Part shown: positions 14,366-26,246 of the stretch, one piece after another
Layout of the letters: each line of letters starts with the position of its first letter
How positions within the stretch are numbered: position 1 is the stretch's first letter
NCBI RefSeq assembly: GCF_039654945.1
Contig: NW_027361840.1
Location: 3,038,001 to 3,102,000, forward strand
Length of the DNA stretch: 64,000 nucleotides
Direction of reading: 5' to 3'
Origin: Dendrobates tinctorius
Lineage: Eukaryota
Program-made: the position numbers and the translations under genes
Notes under the pieces: model-generated
Told to the model about the DNA's origin: nothing
Database searches by the model: none
The model's input: only the letters and a program-made list of their open reading frames with translations

Positions 14366-16232
14366 TCAGGTGGAGAGACAGACCCCAAAAGACTGCAGAG
14401 AAATGTGGAGAGACAGACCCCAAATGACTGCAGAGAAATGTGGAGAGACAGACCCCAAAAGACTGCAGAGAAAGGAGAGACAGACCCCAAAAGACTGCAG
14501 AGAAAGGAGAGACAGACCCCAAAAGGTGGAGAGACAGGCCTAAAAGACTCCAGAGAAAGGAGAGACAGACTCCAAAAGACTGCAGAGAAAGGAGAGACAG
14601 ACCCCAAAAGACTGCAGAGAAAGGAGAGACAGACACCAAAAGATTGAAGAGAAAGGTGGGAGAGACAGACACCAAACGACTGCAGAGAAATGTGGAGAGA
14701 CAGACCCCAAAAGACTCCAGAGAAAGGAGAGACAGACCCCAAAAGACTGCAGAGAAAGGAGAGACAGACTCCAAAAGACTGCAGAGAAAGGTGGAGAGAC
14801 AGACCCCAAAAGACTGCAGAGAAAGGTGGAGAGACAGACCCCAAAAGACTGCAGAGAAAGGTGGGAGAGACAGACCCCAAAAGATTGCAGAGAAAGGTGG
14901 AGAGAGAGACACCAAAAGACTGCAGAGAAAGGTGGGAGAGACGGACCCAAAAAGACTGCAGAGAAAGGTGGGAGAGACAGACCCCAAAAGACTGCAGAGA
15001 AAAGAGGGAGAGACAGACCCCACAAGACTGCAGAGAAAGAAGGAAGAGACAGATGCCAAAAGACTGCAGAGAAAGGGGTAGAGACAGACCCCAAAAGACT
15101 GCAGGGAAAGGGGGAGAGACAGACCCCAAAAGACTGCAGAGAAAGGTGGGAGAGACAGACCCCAAAAGATTGCAGAGAAAAGAGGGAGAGAGATCCCACA
15201 AGACTGCAGAGAAAGGTGGAGAGACAGACCCCAAAAGACTGCAGAGAAAGGTGGGAGAGACAGACCACAAAAGACTGCAGAGAAAAGAGAGAGAGACCCC
15301 ACAAGACTGCAGAGAAAGAAGGAAGAGACAGACGCCAAAAGACTGCAGAGAAAGGGGGAGAGACAGACCCCAAAAGACTGCAGAGAAAGGTGGGAGAGAC
15401 AGACCCCAAAAGACTGCAGAGAAAGGTGGGAGAGACAGACCCCAAAAGACTCAAGAAAAAGGTGGAGAGACAGACCCCAAAAGACTGCAGAGAAAAGTGG
15501 CGAGACAGACCCCAAAAGGCTCCAGAGAAAGGTGGATAGACAGACCCCAAAAGACTGCAGAGAAAGGTGGAGAGACAGACCCCAAAAGACTGCAGAGTAA
15601 GAAGAGACCGACTCCAAAAGACTGCAGAGAAAGGTGGAGAGACAGACCCCAAAAAAAAGACTGCAGGGAAAGGTGGAGAGACAGACCCCACAAGTCTGCA
15701 GAGAAAGTGGGAGAGACAGACCCCAAAAGACTGCAGGCAAAGTTGGGAGAGACAGACCTCAAAAGACTGCAGGGAAAGGTGGAGAGACAGACCCCACAAG
15801 ACTGCAGAGAAAGGAGAGACAGACCCCAAAAGACTGCAGAGAAAGGAGAGACAGACCCCAAAAGACTGCAGAGAAATGTGGGAGAGACAGATGCCAAAAG
15901 ATTGCAGAGAAAGGTGGGCGAGACAGATCCCAAAAGACTGCAGAGAAAGGTGAGAGAGACAGACCCCAAAAGACTGCAGAGAAAGGGAGAGAGACAGACC
16001 CCAAAAGACTGCAGGGAAAGGTGGAGAGACAGACCCCTATAGACTGCAGAGAAAGGAGGGAGAGACAGACCCCAAAAGACTGCATAGGAAGGTGGAGAGA
16101 CAGACCTCAAAAGACTGCAGAGCAAGGTGGGAGAGACAGACCTCAAAAGACTGCAGAGAAAGGGGGAGAGACAAACCCCAAAAGACTGCAGAGAGAGGTG
16201 GGAGAGACAGACCCCAAAAGACTCCAGAGTCA

Positions 16233-16509
16233 GGCTGAGTGCACACGATGCAGATTTGCAGCGGTTCCGCAGCGGATTTTACCGCGCAGAAACGTTGCGT
16301 TTCTGCATTGTGATGTACAGTAGCCTTAAAATCAATGTAAAAAAAAAACCGCTGTGCAGACGCTGCGGATTTTTCCGCGATACAAAATCCGCAGCATGTT
16401 ACTTCTTTTGTGCGGTTTTCCATCTCCCCTGTCACCAAATCCGCAGGGGGAAAACCGCATCAAAAATGGAAGAAATCCGCAGGGCCAAAAAGCACGTGTG
16501 CACTCAGCC
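16233..16509. mobile_element. PIF/Harbinger-type MITE copy 8 (perfect 15-bp TIRs)
   Basis: GGCTGAGTGCACACG ... CGTGTGCACTCAGCC is an exact inverted pair; TCA flanks. Confidence 0.9.
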
Positions 16510-17389
16510 TCAGGTGGAGAGACAGACCCCAAAAGACTGCAGAGAAATGTGGAGAGACAGACCCCAAAAGACTGCAGAGAAAGGAGAGACAGACCCCAAA
16601 AGACTGCAGAGAAAGGAGAGACAGACCCCAAAAGGTGGAGAGACAGGCCTAAAAGACTCCAGAGAAAGGAGAGACAGACTCCAAAAGACTGCAGAGAAAG
16701 GAGAGACAGACCCCAAATGACTGCAGAGAAAGGAGAGACAGACACCAAACGACTGCAGAGAAATGTGGAGAGACAGACCCCAAAAGGTGGAGACAGGCCT
16801 AAAAGACTCCAGAGAAAGGAGAGACAGACCCCAAAAGACTGCAGAGAAAGGAGAGACAGACCCCAAATGACTGCAGAGAAAGGAGAGACAGACCCCAAAA
16901 GACTGCAGAGAAAGGAGAGACAGACCCCAAAAGGTGGAGACAGGCCTAAAAGACTCCAGAGAAAGGAGAGACAGACTCCAAAAGACTGCAGAGAAAGGAG
17001 AGACAGACCCCAAAAGACTGCAGAGAAAGGAGAGACAGACCCCAAAAGACTGCAGAGAAAGGTGGAGAGACAGACACCAAACGACTGCAGAGAAATGTGT
17101 AGAGACAGACCCCAAAAGACTCCAGAGAAAGGAGAGACAGACCCCAAAAGACTGCAGAGAAAGGAGAGACAGACTCCAAAAGACTGCAGAGAAAGGAGAG
17201 ACAGACTCCAAAAGACTGCAGAGAAAGGAGAGACAGACCCCAAAAGACTGCAGAGAAATGTGGAGAGACAGACCCCAAAAGACTCCAGAGAATGGAGAGA
17301 CAGACCCCAAAAGACTCCAGAGAAAGGAGAGACAGACCCCAGAAGACTGCAGAGAAAGGAGAGACAGACTCCAAAAGACTGCAGAGAAA

Positions 17390-17637
17390 GGTGGAGAGAC
17401 AGACCCCAGAAGACTGCAGGGTAAGGTGGTCCTATGAAGTACTGACTAAGGGGCTGAATACTAATGCACGGCACAATGTTCGGGTTTATAGTTGTAGAAT
17501 AATTCTTAATCCTTCCTGTATTATTTCCTTTTCTTTGTATCATAGAAAATCCCAATAGAATCCATAGAGGTTTGTGGGTGTAATGTGAGAGCTGAGGAGA
17601 AGTTCCCGGGGAATGAAGACTTTTTCAAGGCGCCTGT
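17390..17637 (+). mobile_element. Decayed 3' end of a Tc1-like DNA transposon (transposase C-terminus, 3' UTR, right TIR)
   Basis: The last monomer reads ETDPRRL, then GGT GGT CCT ATG AAG TAC TGA (GGPMKY*, 17425-17445). This is followed by GGGGCTGAATACTAATGCAC, AAAATCCCAATAGAA, GGTTTGTGGGTGTAA and GAATGAAGACTTTTTCAAGGCGCCTGT, resembling the right end of vertebrate Tc1 elements (...GAATACTTTTTCAAGGCACTG-TA, recalled, not searched). Confidence 0.8.
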
Positions 17638-19596
17638 CCAGTAACTCTCGGCCCTTCTATAGACAGAGGACGAGGCTCGCACTGATCCTGGGGACCGTCC
17701 TCCTCCGGAGCCTCCTCAGCAGAAGACATGGCACCCGGGGCACAGACTACAAGTCAGTGTGGATGGCGGCTCCATAGTGACTGTGTGGACAGAGGTCAGC
17801 GCCACCAGACAGAGCGACATCAGCTGTGCAGACAGTGAGAGGAACACAACCGCAGGAAGGGAAGGCGAGCAGTGTGAGAAGCCGCACCGTGAGAACACTC
17901 ACCAAGCCCTGACGCCGGAAGACAAGTGGTCGGGGGCTCAGCAGAAGAGAGGCCTGGAGGTAGGAACACGAGGCCAAACTGAGGGGGAAGGGGCCACTAG
18001 ACAAAGAGAGGGGCGTGAGCCGAGCCTGGGAGACCCCCGGCCATGACATCACCAGCCCCGGCCATAGGACTCTCCTCAGCACCTCAGGACCCGGTCAGTG
18101 CTGCTCATAGGGCGACTGACGCCGCGGCAGCCATGTTGGATAAGGGAACACTGCCCTGAGCCAGCAGCAGTGCTGAGGTAAAATGTTCACACAGAGGCGA
18201 CAACAACACCAGCAATATAAGAAAACGGCGTCCACAGTGATATGGAAGGACAGAAATGATACAATCCACACACGAAACCGCCAAATCGCCCCACAAGCCC
18301 CAATACGGCCATTCAGCGACACACAAAGAAGTCGCAGCTCTCAGAAGGAGGCGGCGGAGAAACTCATTTATTTTTGCAAAATATGATTTTAATGTGTAAA
18401 AGTAGCAAAGCGTAAAAAGATATAAATGTTTTACCGCTACAATCATACTGACCCGAAGAATAAATCGCTGTCGTCACTTTTACCGCAAAATAACATATAA
18501 AAACAATAAGTGAGTTTCTGTTTTGCATTTGATAAATCTGAAGAAAAAGCGATCACTAAATATTATCCCCCGAAACAGTCACAAGAAATCTCCAACAAAT
18601 GTGACAGCTCTCCGAGCATGTCTAGTGTGTGACAGCAGCAAAACATAGAAGCCATAGACATCCAGCATCGCTGTAATCACAGCACCCCGAAGAATATATC
18701 CGCCTCATCTCTGACACCGCACGAGGAGCGGCGTAACGATAAGAGCTAATCTTCTACTGCACTTTATTTGCTCATTTTACCTCCCAGAAACAGCGCTCCT
18801 TCCTTCTCAGCCCTGACGTGTGGCCCGGGCCGCCATCAGGGCATTACTGCCCTATCTGCTGTATGGGGCCTGATGAGCAGCGGCACACAGGGGAGCCCGC
18901 AGGGCCCCGTCTCTTGTGGTTCTGCTCACCAGGCCCCATCGTACACTAATGTGCTGTGCGCTGTGGGCCTGTGGTGCACACATCTGTGAGATTGGGGACC
19001 TCCGGAGTGAACCCTCAGGACTGCGACGACGAACCTCCCTCGGGCGAGCTGAACCAGGTGGACCACCCCCTATACAGGGAGTGTTAGGGGCAGACCCAAG
19101 GGAGACTATCGCCGCGGAAGCTGATACCTGGGAACAGGCGGGTAAGTAAGCAAGCAGGGAAATACAGGCGACCAGATGAGAGATGACGACGGCCACAGGG
19201 ATGGTTGCTGAGACTGCAGGAATGGTGATGGACGGCAGACGAAACTGGCAATGGCGGCAGGCAGGAATCGGTACAGGACAGGACACCAGAGCAGGAGGAC
19301 GGAAGCAGGAGCGGACTGGATCTAGGAGGGAACACAGGAAAGTCACAAACAGGCAGAACAGCGGAGACCACGGAGAGGTAGACAGCGCAGGAATGAAGAG
19401 GAACGCAGGAGCGCGTGGACCCGATACCACAAATGATAGGCAGTGAGCACAGGGTGAGACTGCCTGATATAGGACATGCTAGAGGACTTCCGGGTCAGAG
19501 TGCAGCTGAACCATGGGACCAGGAGATAGGATGCCAGGTCTAGGGGGCATATCTAACAGTACGCCTGTGTGCAGGAGCCGGCCGCCGGAGGGATGA

Positions 19597-22500
19597 TTAA
19601 CAGGTGCCAGCAGAGGGGGCGGAGCGAGAGGAGCGGACGCGCCGGAGAGGCCCAGACGGCATGGAGACAAGGGAGGCTGCGGGGACCGAAGGCGCCGCAA
19701 GCGGTGGAGCTGCGGCATCGGCAGATGGAGAGCCCCGGGCAGAGGTAGCAGAGACAGCGGCGGTCGGGACAGCAGACGCCGCAGAGCGGACCAGAGCCGG
19801 AGAGGTCAGCGTGCCAGGCGCCGGGGAGGAGGTGAGCGTGACAGTACCCCCCTCCTTACGCCCCCTCTTCTTAAGACCGGAAAGGAATCTGGCCAAGATA
19901 CGAGGAGCCTGAATGTTTTCCCGAGGCTCCCAAGATCTCTCCTCTGGACTGAAACCCTTCCAATCAATTAAGAAGAGGGTCTTACCTCTGGACTTTTTCA
20001 TTGCGAGAATGTCTTTGACTTCAAAGACATCTTGTGCAGATACAGGCGGAGGAGGACAGCCGGTGGTGGGGTGAAAGTGGTTAAGTACGACAGGCTTTAA
20101 GAGAGAGACATGAAAATAATTTGGAATCCTGAGCGAAGCGGGAAGTTTCAGCTTGTAGGCCACATCGTTGATACGGGCCGAGACTTCAAACGGACCTATA
20201 TACCGAGGACCCAGTTTATACGAGGGTTGCTTCAGGCGGACGAACTTAGAAGACAGCCATACTTTATCTCCGGGCTGGTACCGTGGGGAATCCAGGCGTC
20301 TCTTATCGGCATGTCTCTTGATCCGGCCTTGAGCCTGATCAAGCGCGGTTTTGGTCTGCCAGACCCTGGAGAACTCGGTCAGAAGATCGGCCGCCGGCAC
20401 ACCCGAGACAGGACGTACCGGCAAAGGAACACCTGGATGTTGCCCGTAGACAATAAAGAAGGGTGACTTGGAGGAGGACTCACTGTAGTGATTGTTGTAG
20501 GTGAATTCGGCCCATGAGAGCATGTTGGACCAGTCGTTCCGGTGAGCATTGGAAAAATGCCAGAGATAGGTCACGAGAATTTGATTTGTTCGTTCTGCCT
20601 GGCCGTTAGTCTGAGGATGGTAGGAAGAGGAGAAATCCAACGTTACCTCCATCATACGGCATACGGCCCTCCAAAACTGCGAGGTGAACTGCACCCCTCT
20701 GTCGGAAACGATATGCTTGGGGAAGCCATGAATCCTGAAGATATGGGTGACGAAAATCCTTGCTAATTCTGGTGCGGAGGGTAACCCTGGCAACGGAATA
20801 AAGTGGGCCATTTTGGAAAATCGATCCACCACAACTAAGATGACGGTGTGACCAGAAGATCGTGGCAGTTCAGTAACAAAGTCCATTGCGATGTGTCGCC
20901 ATGGGACCGAAGGAATCGGAAGCGGGTGCAAGAGACCAGACGGTAGATGCCGAGGAACTTTGTTTCTGGCACATGACGGGCAGGAGGCGATAAAACTTCG
21001 GACATCCTGAAGAAGAGATGGCCACCAGTAAAAACGAGAGATGAGAAGGAGTGTCTTCTTGAGACCCACGTGGCCGGCCAGCTTGGAGGCATGACCCCAG
21101 CGTAACACTCGCTTTCTCTCGCTCTCTTGCACAAAGGTCTTACCGGGCGGCAAAGAAGTCAGGTTAATGGGTGCAACCATGATGACTTTACCAGGATCTA
21201 CGATGTGTGATGGCTCTTCCTCAGTATTGGAGACCAGAAAAGACCTGGATAGCGCGTCAGCTTTCAGATTCTTGTCACCGGGACGGAAATGAAGCTCAAA
21301 ATCGAACTGGGCAAAGAACAGCGACCATCTGGCTTGTCGGGGGTTAAGTCTTTGTGCTGACTGGATGTATGCCAGATTCTTGTGGTCGGTGTAGATTTTA
21401 AACGGATGAACAGCTCCTTCCAGGAGATACCGCCACTCCTCCAAAGCCAGTTTGATGGCGATTAGCTCTCTGTCACCAATAGTGTAGTTTCTCTCGGTGG
21501 TGGAAAACATTTTAGAGAAAAAACTACAGGTGAGTAGCCGGCCGGAGGAAGATTTCTGGGAAAGAACTACCCCGGCTCCTATGGCTGACGCGTCCACCTC
21601 GAGAATGAATGGTTTGTTAATTTCAGGACGATGTAGGACGGGAGCGGAAGCGAAAGCTTGTCTCAACGACAGAAAAGCATCCTTGGCCTCCGAGGACCAG
21701 AGGTGAGGGTTGGCTCCTTTACGGGTCAAGGCGGAGATAGGAGCGGTCAGAGAAGAAAAGTGTGGGATGAATTGCCGGTAATAGCAAACCCAAGGAATCG
21801 TTGGATCGCCTTGACTCCCTGAGGACGCGGCCATTTGAGCACGGCGGACACTTTTTCAGGGTCCATGCGGAGACCCGAGTCGGAAATGATGTATCCCAAG
21901 AATGGCAGGGACGACTGCTCGAAGGCGCATTTCTCGAGTTTGGCGTAGAGACGCTGCTCTCTTAAGCGTAGTAAGACTTGGCGAACGTCTTTTCTGTGGG
22001 AAGCCAGGTCCGCGGAGAACACAAGGATATCGTCCAAATACACCACCACACAGGAGTAGAGAAAGTCTCGAAAGACGTTGTTGACAAACTCCTGGAATAC
22101 CGCGGGAGCATTGCACAGGCCAAAGGGCATGACTAAATATTCATAGTGGCCGTCTCGGGTATTGAAGGCGGTCTTCCATTTATCTCCGGGGCGAATGCGG
22201 ATCAGATTATACGCCCCTCGGAGATCCAGTTTAGTGAAGACTCGTGCTCCCCGTAGACGGTCGAATAGCTCCGGAATGAGAGGCAACGGATATTTGTTTT
22301 TGATGGTGATATCGTTGAGACCCCGGTAATCAATGCAGGGACGAAGGGAACCATCCTTCTTCTTGACGAAAAAGAACCCTGCTCCTGCCGGTGAAGATGA
22401 TTTGCGAATGAAACCTCTGGCCAGGTTCTCTTGGATGTATTCGGTCATAGCCTGGGTCTCGGAGGGAGATAGAGGATAGATCCGACCACGGGGTGGAGTA

Positions 22501-23147
22501 GAGCCAGAGACCAGGTCGATCGGGCAATCATAGGGCCGATGCGGGGGCAGAACCTCCGCCCCCTTCTTGCTGAAGACGTCCGCGAAGGCCCAATAGGCCA
22601 AAGGTAATCCTGTAGGGACTAGAGCGGAAGGCATGGCGTTCTTCGGTTGAACGGCAGACAGACATTCGGCTTGACACGACTGTCCCCAACGCAGGATGTC
22701 CCCTGAGCGCCAATCCACAACAGGCTCATGAGTCCTTAACCAGGGCAGGCTCAAGAGGATGGTGTGAGATAACGAAGGCAGAACATAAAAGACTATCCTC
22801 TCTCGGTGTAAGGCTCCAATCTGCAGTTCCACTTCTTCAGTGACCTGAGTGACGGACATCCGCAGGGGTCGACCGTCGACTGAAGCAATCTGCCGAGGAG
22901 TCTCCAGGGATCGGTCAGGGATCCGAAGTCTTTTAACCGCCTCAAACTGAATAAAATTGCCGGCAGCACCCGAATCAATGTAGGCCCACTCAGAAGATCG
23001 TTTGGAGTCTACATGCAAAAGAACGGAAAGAATCAGGGGTAGAGAGGAATCACAATCACCTAGGGAGGCCTCTCTTACCTGACCTAGGCGGAGGCGTTTC
23101 CCAGGCGTATGGGACATGAACGGAGGAAGTGGGATGCACTCCCACAA
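19597..23147 (-). pseudogene. pol of element A (PR-RT-RNaseH-IN-chromodomain; one frameshift near 21790)
   Basis: IDSGA protease, YLDD RT, VDAS/DHKNL RNase H, H2C2 + D,D,E integrase, GPF motif, and chromodomain FEVKDIL...LIDWKGFSPEERSWEP. Confidence 0.95.
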
Positions 23148-24098
23148 TAGAAACAGAGCCCCTGATCAATCCTCTCTCTCCGACGCTCCTCCACCAGCTT
23201 GAGATGATCCACTTGCATGGTTCCGGTGCAGAAGCCGTCGAGGACGTCACTGAGTGGGAGCGGGGTGGTCTACGAGCGGCTGGCAGGATGCGAGGCCTCC
23301 TCTCTCTAGCAGCCTCTCGGGATCGCTCCTGAAAGCGGAGGTCGATACGGGTGGCCAAGGAGATCAAATCCTCCAAGGAGGCTGGAGTATCTCGTCCCGC
23401 CAGCTCGTCTTTGATTCGGCCAGAGAGCCCCCGCCAAAAAGCCCCTAACAAGGCCTCGTTATTCCACCCCAGTTCAGAGGATAGGGTGCGAAAGCGTATG
23501 GCGTACTGGCCTACCGAGAGAGTGCCCTGTTGGAGATTAAACAACGCTTCGGTAGTGGAGGCCAAACATCCCGGTTCATCAAACACCATCCGAAAGGTGT
23601 CTAAAAAATTGGAGAGTTGGGAGACAATGGGATCGTCTCGCTCCCAGAGAGGATTTACCCAAGCTAGAGCCTCCCCCTCCAAATGAGATACAACAAAGGC
23701 CACCTTGGCCCGATCCGTAGGGTACTGCGGGTAAGACAGCTCGAAGTTGAGCAGGCATTGGTTTAGGAACCCTCTGCATAATTTGGGATCCCCATTATAC
23801 CGTGGAGGTCTCGCCAGACGGGGTGGGGGGTTGCCGCCTGGACCGGAGCAGAGGCTGCGGACTGGAGGGCCAGGAGACGGTTATCCACCAAGGCCATATA
23901 ATTTAAAATATGTGCCTGAGTGTCGCGCTGCTGAGCGAGCTCCCTCTGGAGACCCGCCATTTGGGAGGCGCTGGTGGGATCTGAGGACCGAAGGGAGGAC
24001 AGACGAGACTCCATAGACTTGAGGAAGGACATTATCCTCATCTGATTCTCTCGTAGGAACAGTAGTTCCTTTTGGGTCGGGGTACCAGTGGGGTCCAT
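23056..24098 (-). pseudogene. gag of element A (frameshifted)
   Basis: ORFs 23763-24098 and 23056-23703 with KVAFVVSHLEGEALAW, GLSGRIKDELA and LEDLISLATRID motifs; CCHC knuckle (CFYCGSASHFLRSC) in a shifted frame. Confidence 0.9.
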
Positions 24099-25149
24099 GG
24101 CCTGACTATACTGTGAGTTTGGGGGCCTCCGGAGTGAACCCTCAGGACCGCGATGACGAACCTCCCTCGGGCGAGCTGAACCAGGTGGACCACCCCCTAT
24201 ACAGGGAGCGTTAGGGGCAGACCCAAGGAAGACTATCGCCGCGGAAGCTGATACCTAGGAACAGCCGGGTAAGTAAGCAAGCAGGGAAATACAGACGACC
24301 AGATGAGAGATGACGACGGCCACAGGGATGGTTGCTGAGACTGCGGTAATGGTGATGGACGGCAGACGAGACTGGCAATGGCGGCAGGCAGGAACCGGTA
24401 CAGGACAGGACACCGGAGCAGGAGGACGGAAGCAGGAGCGGACTGGATCTAGGAGGGAACACAGGAAAGTCACAAACAGGAAGAACAGCGGAGGCCACGG
24501 AGAGGTAGACAGCGCAGGAACGAAGAGGAACGCAGGAGCGCGTGGACCCGATACCACAAATGATAGGCAGTGAGCAGAGGGTGAGACTGCCTGATATAGG
24601 ACATGCTAGAGGACTTCCGGGTCAGAGTGCAGCTGAACCATGGGACCAGGAGATAGATACGCCCCCTAGACCTGGCATCCTAACAGTACGCCTGTGTGAA
24701 GGAGCAGGAGCCGGCCGCCAGAGGGATGATTGACAGGTGCCAGCAGAGGGGGCGGAGCGAGAGGAGCGGACGCGCTGGAGAGGCCCAGACGGCATGGAGA
24801 CACGGGAGGCGGCGGGGACCGAAGGCGCCGCAAGCGGTGGAGCTGCGGCATCGGCAGATGGAGAGCCCCGGGCAGAGGTAGCAGAGACAGCGGCGGTCGG
24901 GACAGCGGCCGCAGACGCCGCAGAGCAGACCAGAGCCAGAGAGGTGAGCGTGCCAGGTGCCGGGGAGGAGGTGAGCGTGACATCATCGGTGTCGGAGCCC
25001 GGGAGCTTTCTCGGAGTTGTGCACGGCCATCATTCCCTGACAGCTGCGCAGCTCCGACTGCGTCCGCCCACCCTGGACTGCCGCGTACCCGATAGCGTCA
25101 TCACATACGCGCCGACATGTATGAGTACACTGTGACCAGAAATGGAGCT

Positions 25150-25800
25150 GTGCCTGCGTGTGTGCGGGTGTCTGTGGGTGTGTGTCTGCATGTGTGCAGG
25201 TGTCTGCATGTGTGTGTGGGTGTCTGCATGTGTGTGCGGGTGTCTTTGTGCAGGTGTCTGTGTGTGTTGGTGTCTGTGTGTGGTCTGTGTGCGTGAGGGT
25301 GTCTGCGTGTGTGTGCAGGTGTCTACGTGTGTGCGGATGTCTGCGTGTGTGCTGGTGTCTGCATTTGTGTGCGGGTGTCTGTGTGTGCGGGTGTCTACGT
25401 ATGCATGTGATTGTGTGCAGGTGTCTGCGTGTGTGCAGGTGTTTGTGTGTGTGCAGGTGTCTGCGGGTGTGTGCCGGTGTGTGCCGGTGTCTGTGTGCGT
25501 GCGGGTGTCTGCGTGTGTGCGGGTGTCTGCGTGTGCGCTGGTGTCTGGGTGTCTGTGTGTGTGTGTGCAGGTGTCTGCGTCGTGTGTGCGGGTGTGTTTG
25601 TGTGCGGGTGTCTACGTGTGCTTGCGGGTGTCTGCGTGTTTGTGCAGGTTTTTGTGTGTGTGCGAGTATGTGCTGGTGTCTGTGTGTGTGTGCTGGTCTC
25701 TGTGTGTGTGCGGGTCTCTGTGTGTGTGCGGGTGTCTGTGTGTGTGCAGGTGAGTGCGTGCTGGTGTCTGCAGATGTGAGCGGGTGTCTGCGTGTGCGGT
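25150..25800. repeat. GT-rich minisatellite (GTGTGTGCGGGTGTCTGC-like units)
   Basis: Degenerate tandem units are directly visible. Confidence 0.9.
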
Positions 25801-26246
25801 AACGCTAATGCCGGTACTGTCGGTCACAGCGCTGCGGGATCATGCTGGCAGATGTCAGGGTGATTCCACAGCTGACTGTGACCCGCAGCGGTGAAGCAGG
25901 CATGTCCCTCATGAGACTACTGCTCCCATCCGGCTATGTCTGGTGTCACTGATAACAGTGACAGCAGGTGCCGCTGATGGGAGAGTAGTATCATCTGCCG
26001 GCGCCTGTGCTCACTGTTAAAAAATAAAAGTAAAATTACATACATATTCATTATTCACAAAATACATACATCTTGATCTATAATACATACATATTCACAT
26101 AGAAATTAAAACCCATTATACTCACCGCACACCAAATCCCCGACGCCCTCTTCTAGAAATAATGTATAATGATAAACCAACACGTACTTCCTGTCCACCA
26201 TAGTCCAAGGTAACCCAGATTGTCCCACAGCGATCTCACGTGTAGA

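Larger units (their letters stand above)
742..17424. repeat. Satellite array, monomer GAGAGACAGACCCCAAAAGACTGCAGAGAAAG(GTG/GTGG), 32/35/36 bp, with higher-order structure
   Basis: Hundreds of tandem copies are directly visible, most with a PstI site (CTGCAG). The 36-mer is 27/36 purine on the + strand. Diagnostic variant monomers recur with 683-bp and 2176-bp periods. Confidence 0.98.
18985..24982 (-). mobile_element. Full-length chromodomain Ty3/Gypsy LTR retrotransposon (sushi/PEG10-like), element A, frameshifted
   Basis: LTRs at 18985-19843 and 24112-24982 (TG...CA), PPT AAGGAGGGGGG adjacent to the 3' LTR, near-TSD ACATC/TCATC, and gag-PR-RT-RH-IN-chromodomain order. Confidence 0.96.

Noticed and set aside
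742-17424. CRISPR-like look (about 32-36-bp repeats)
   Set aside because: The repeats are directly adjacent with no unique spacers, there are no cas genes, and the context is vertebrate.
425-17558. Dozens of long overlapping ORFs (up to 770 aa) in all six frames
   Set aside because: They result from a T-poor tandem monomer with frame-shifting 32/35/36-bp lengths; there is no frame preference, domain content or splice structure.
19597-24098. Domesticated PEG10/RTL1-like host gene
   Set aside because: Paired LTRs, a PPT, a TSD and frameshifts show an ordinary retrotransposon copy.
24099-24111. Self-priming complementarity in element A
   Set aside because: The PBS region GTATAGTCAGGCC matches the equivalent LTR site (GCCTATCAT on the minus strand) at only ~4 contiguous bases, so it is not supported for this copy.
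25142-25827. Cys/Val-rich ORFs of ~200 aa
   Set aside because: They are translations of the GT-rich minisatellite.
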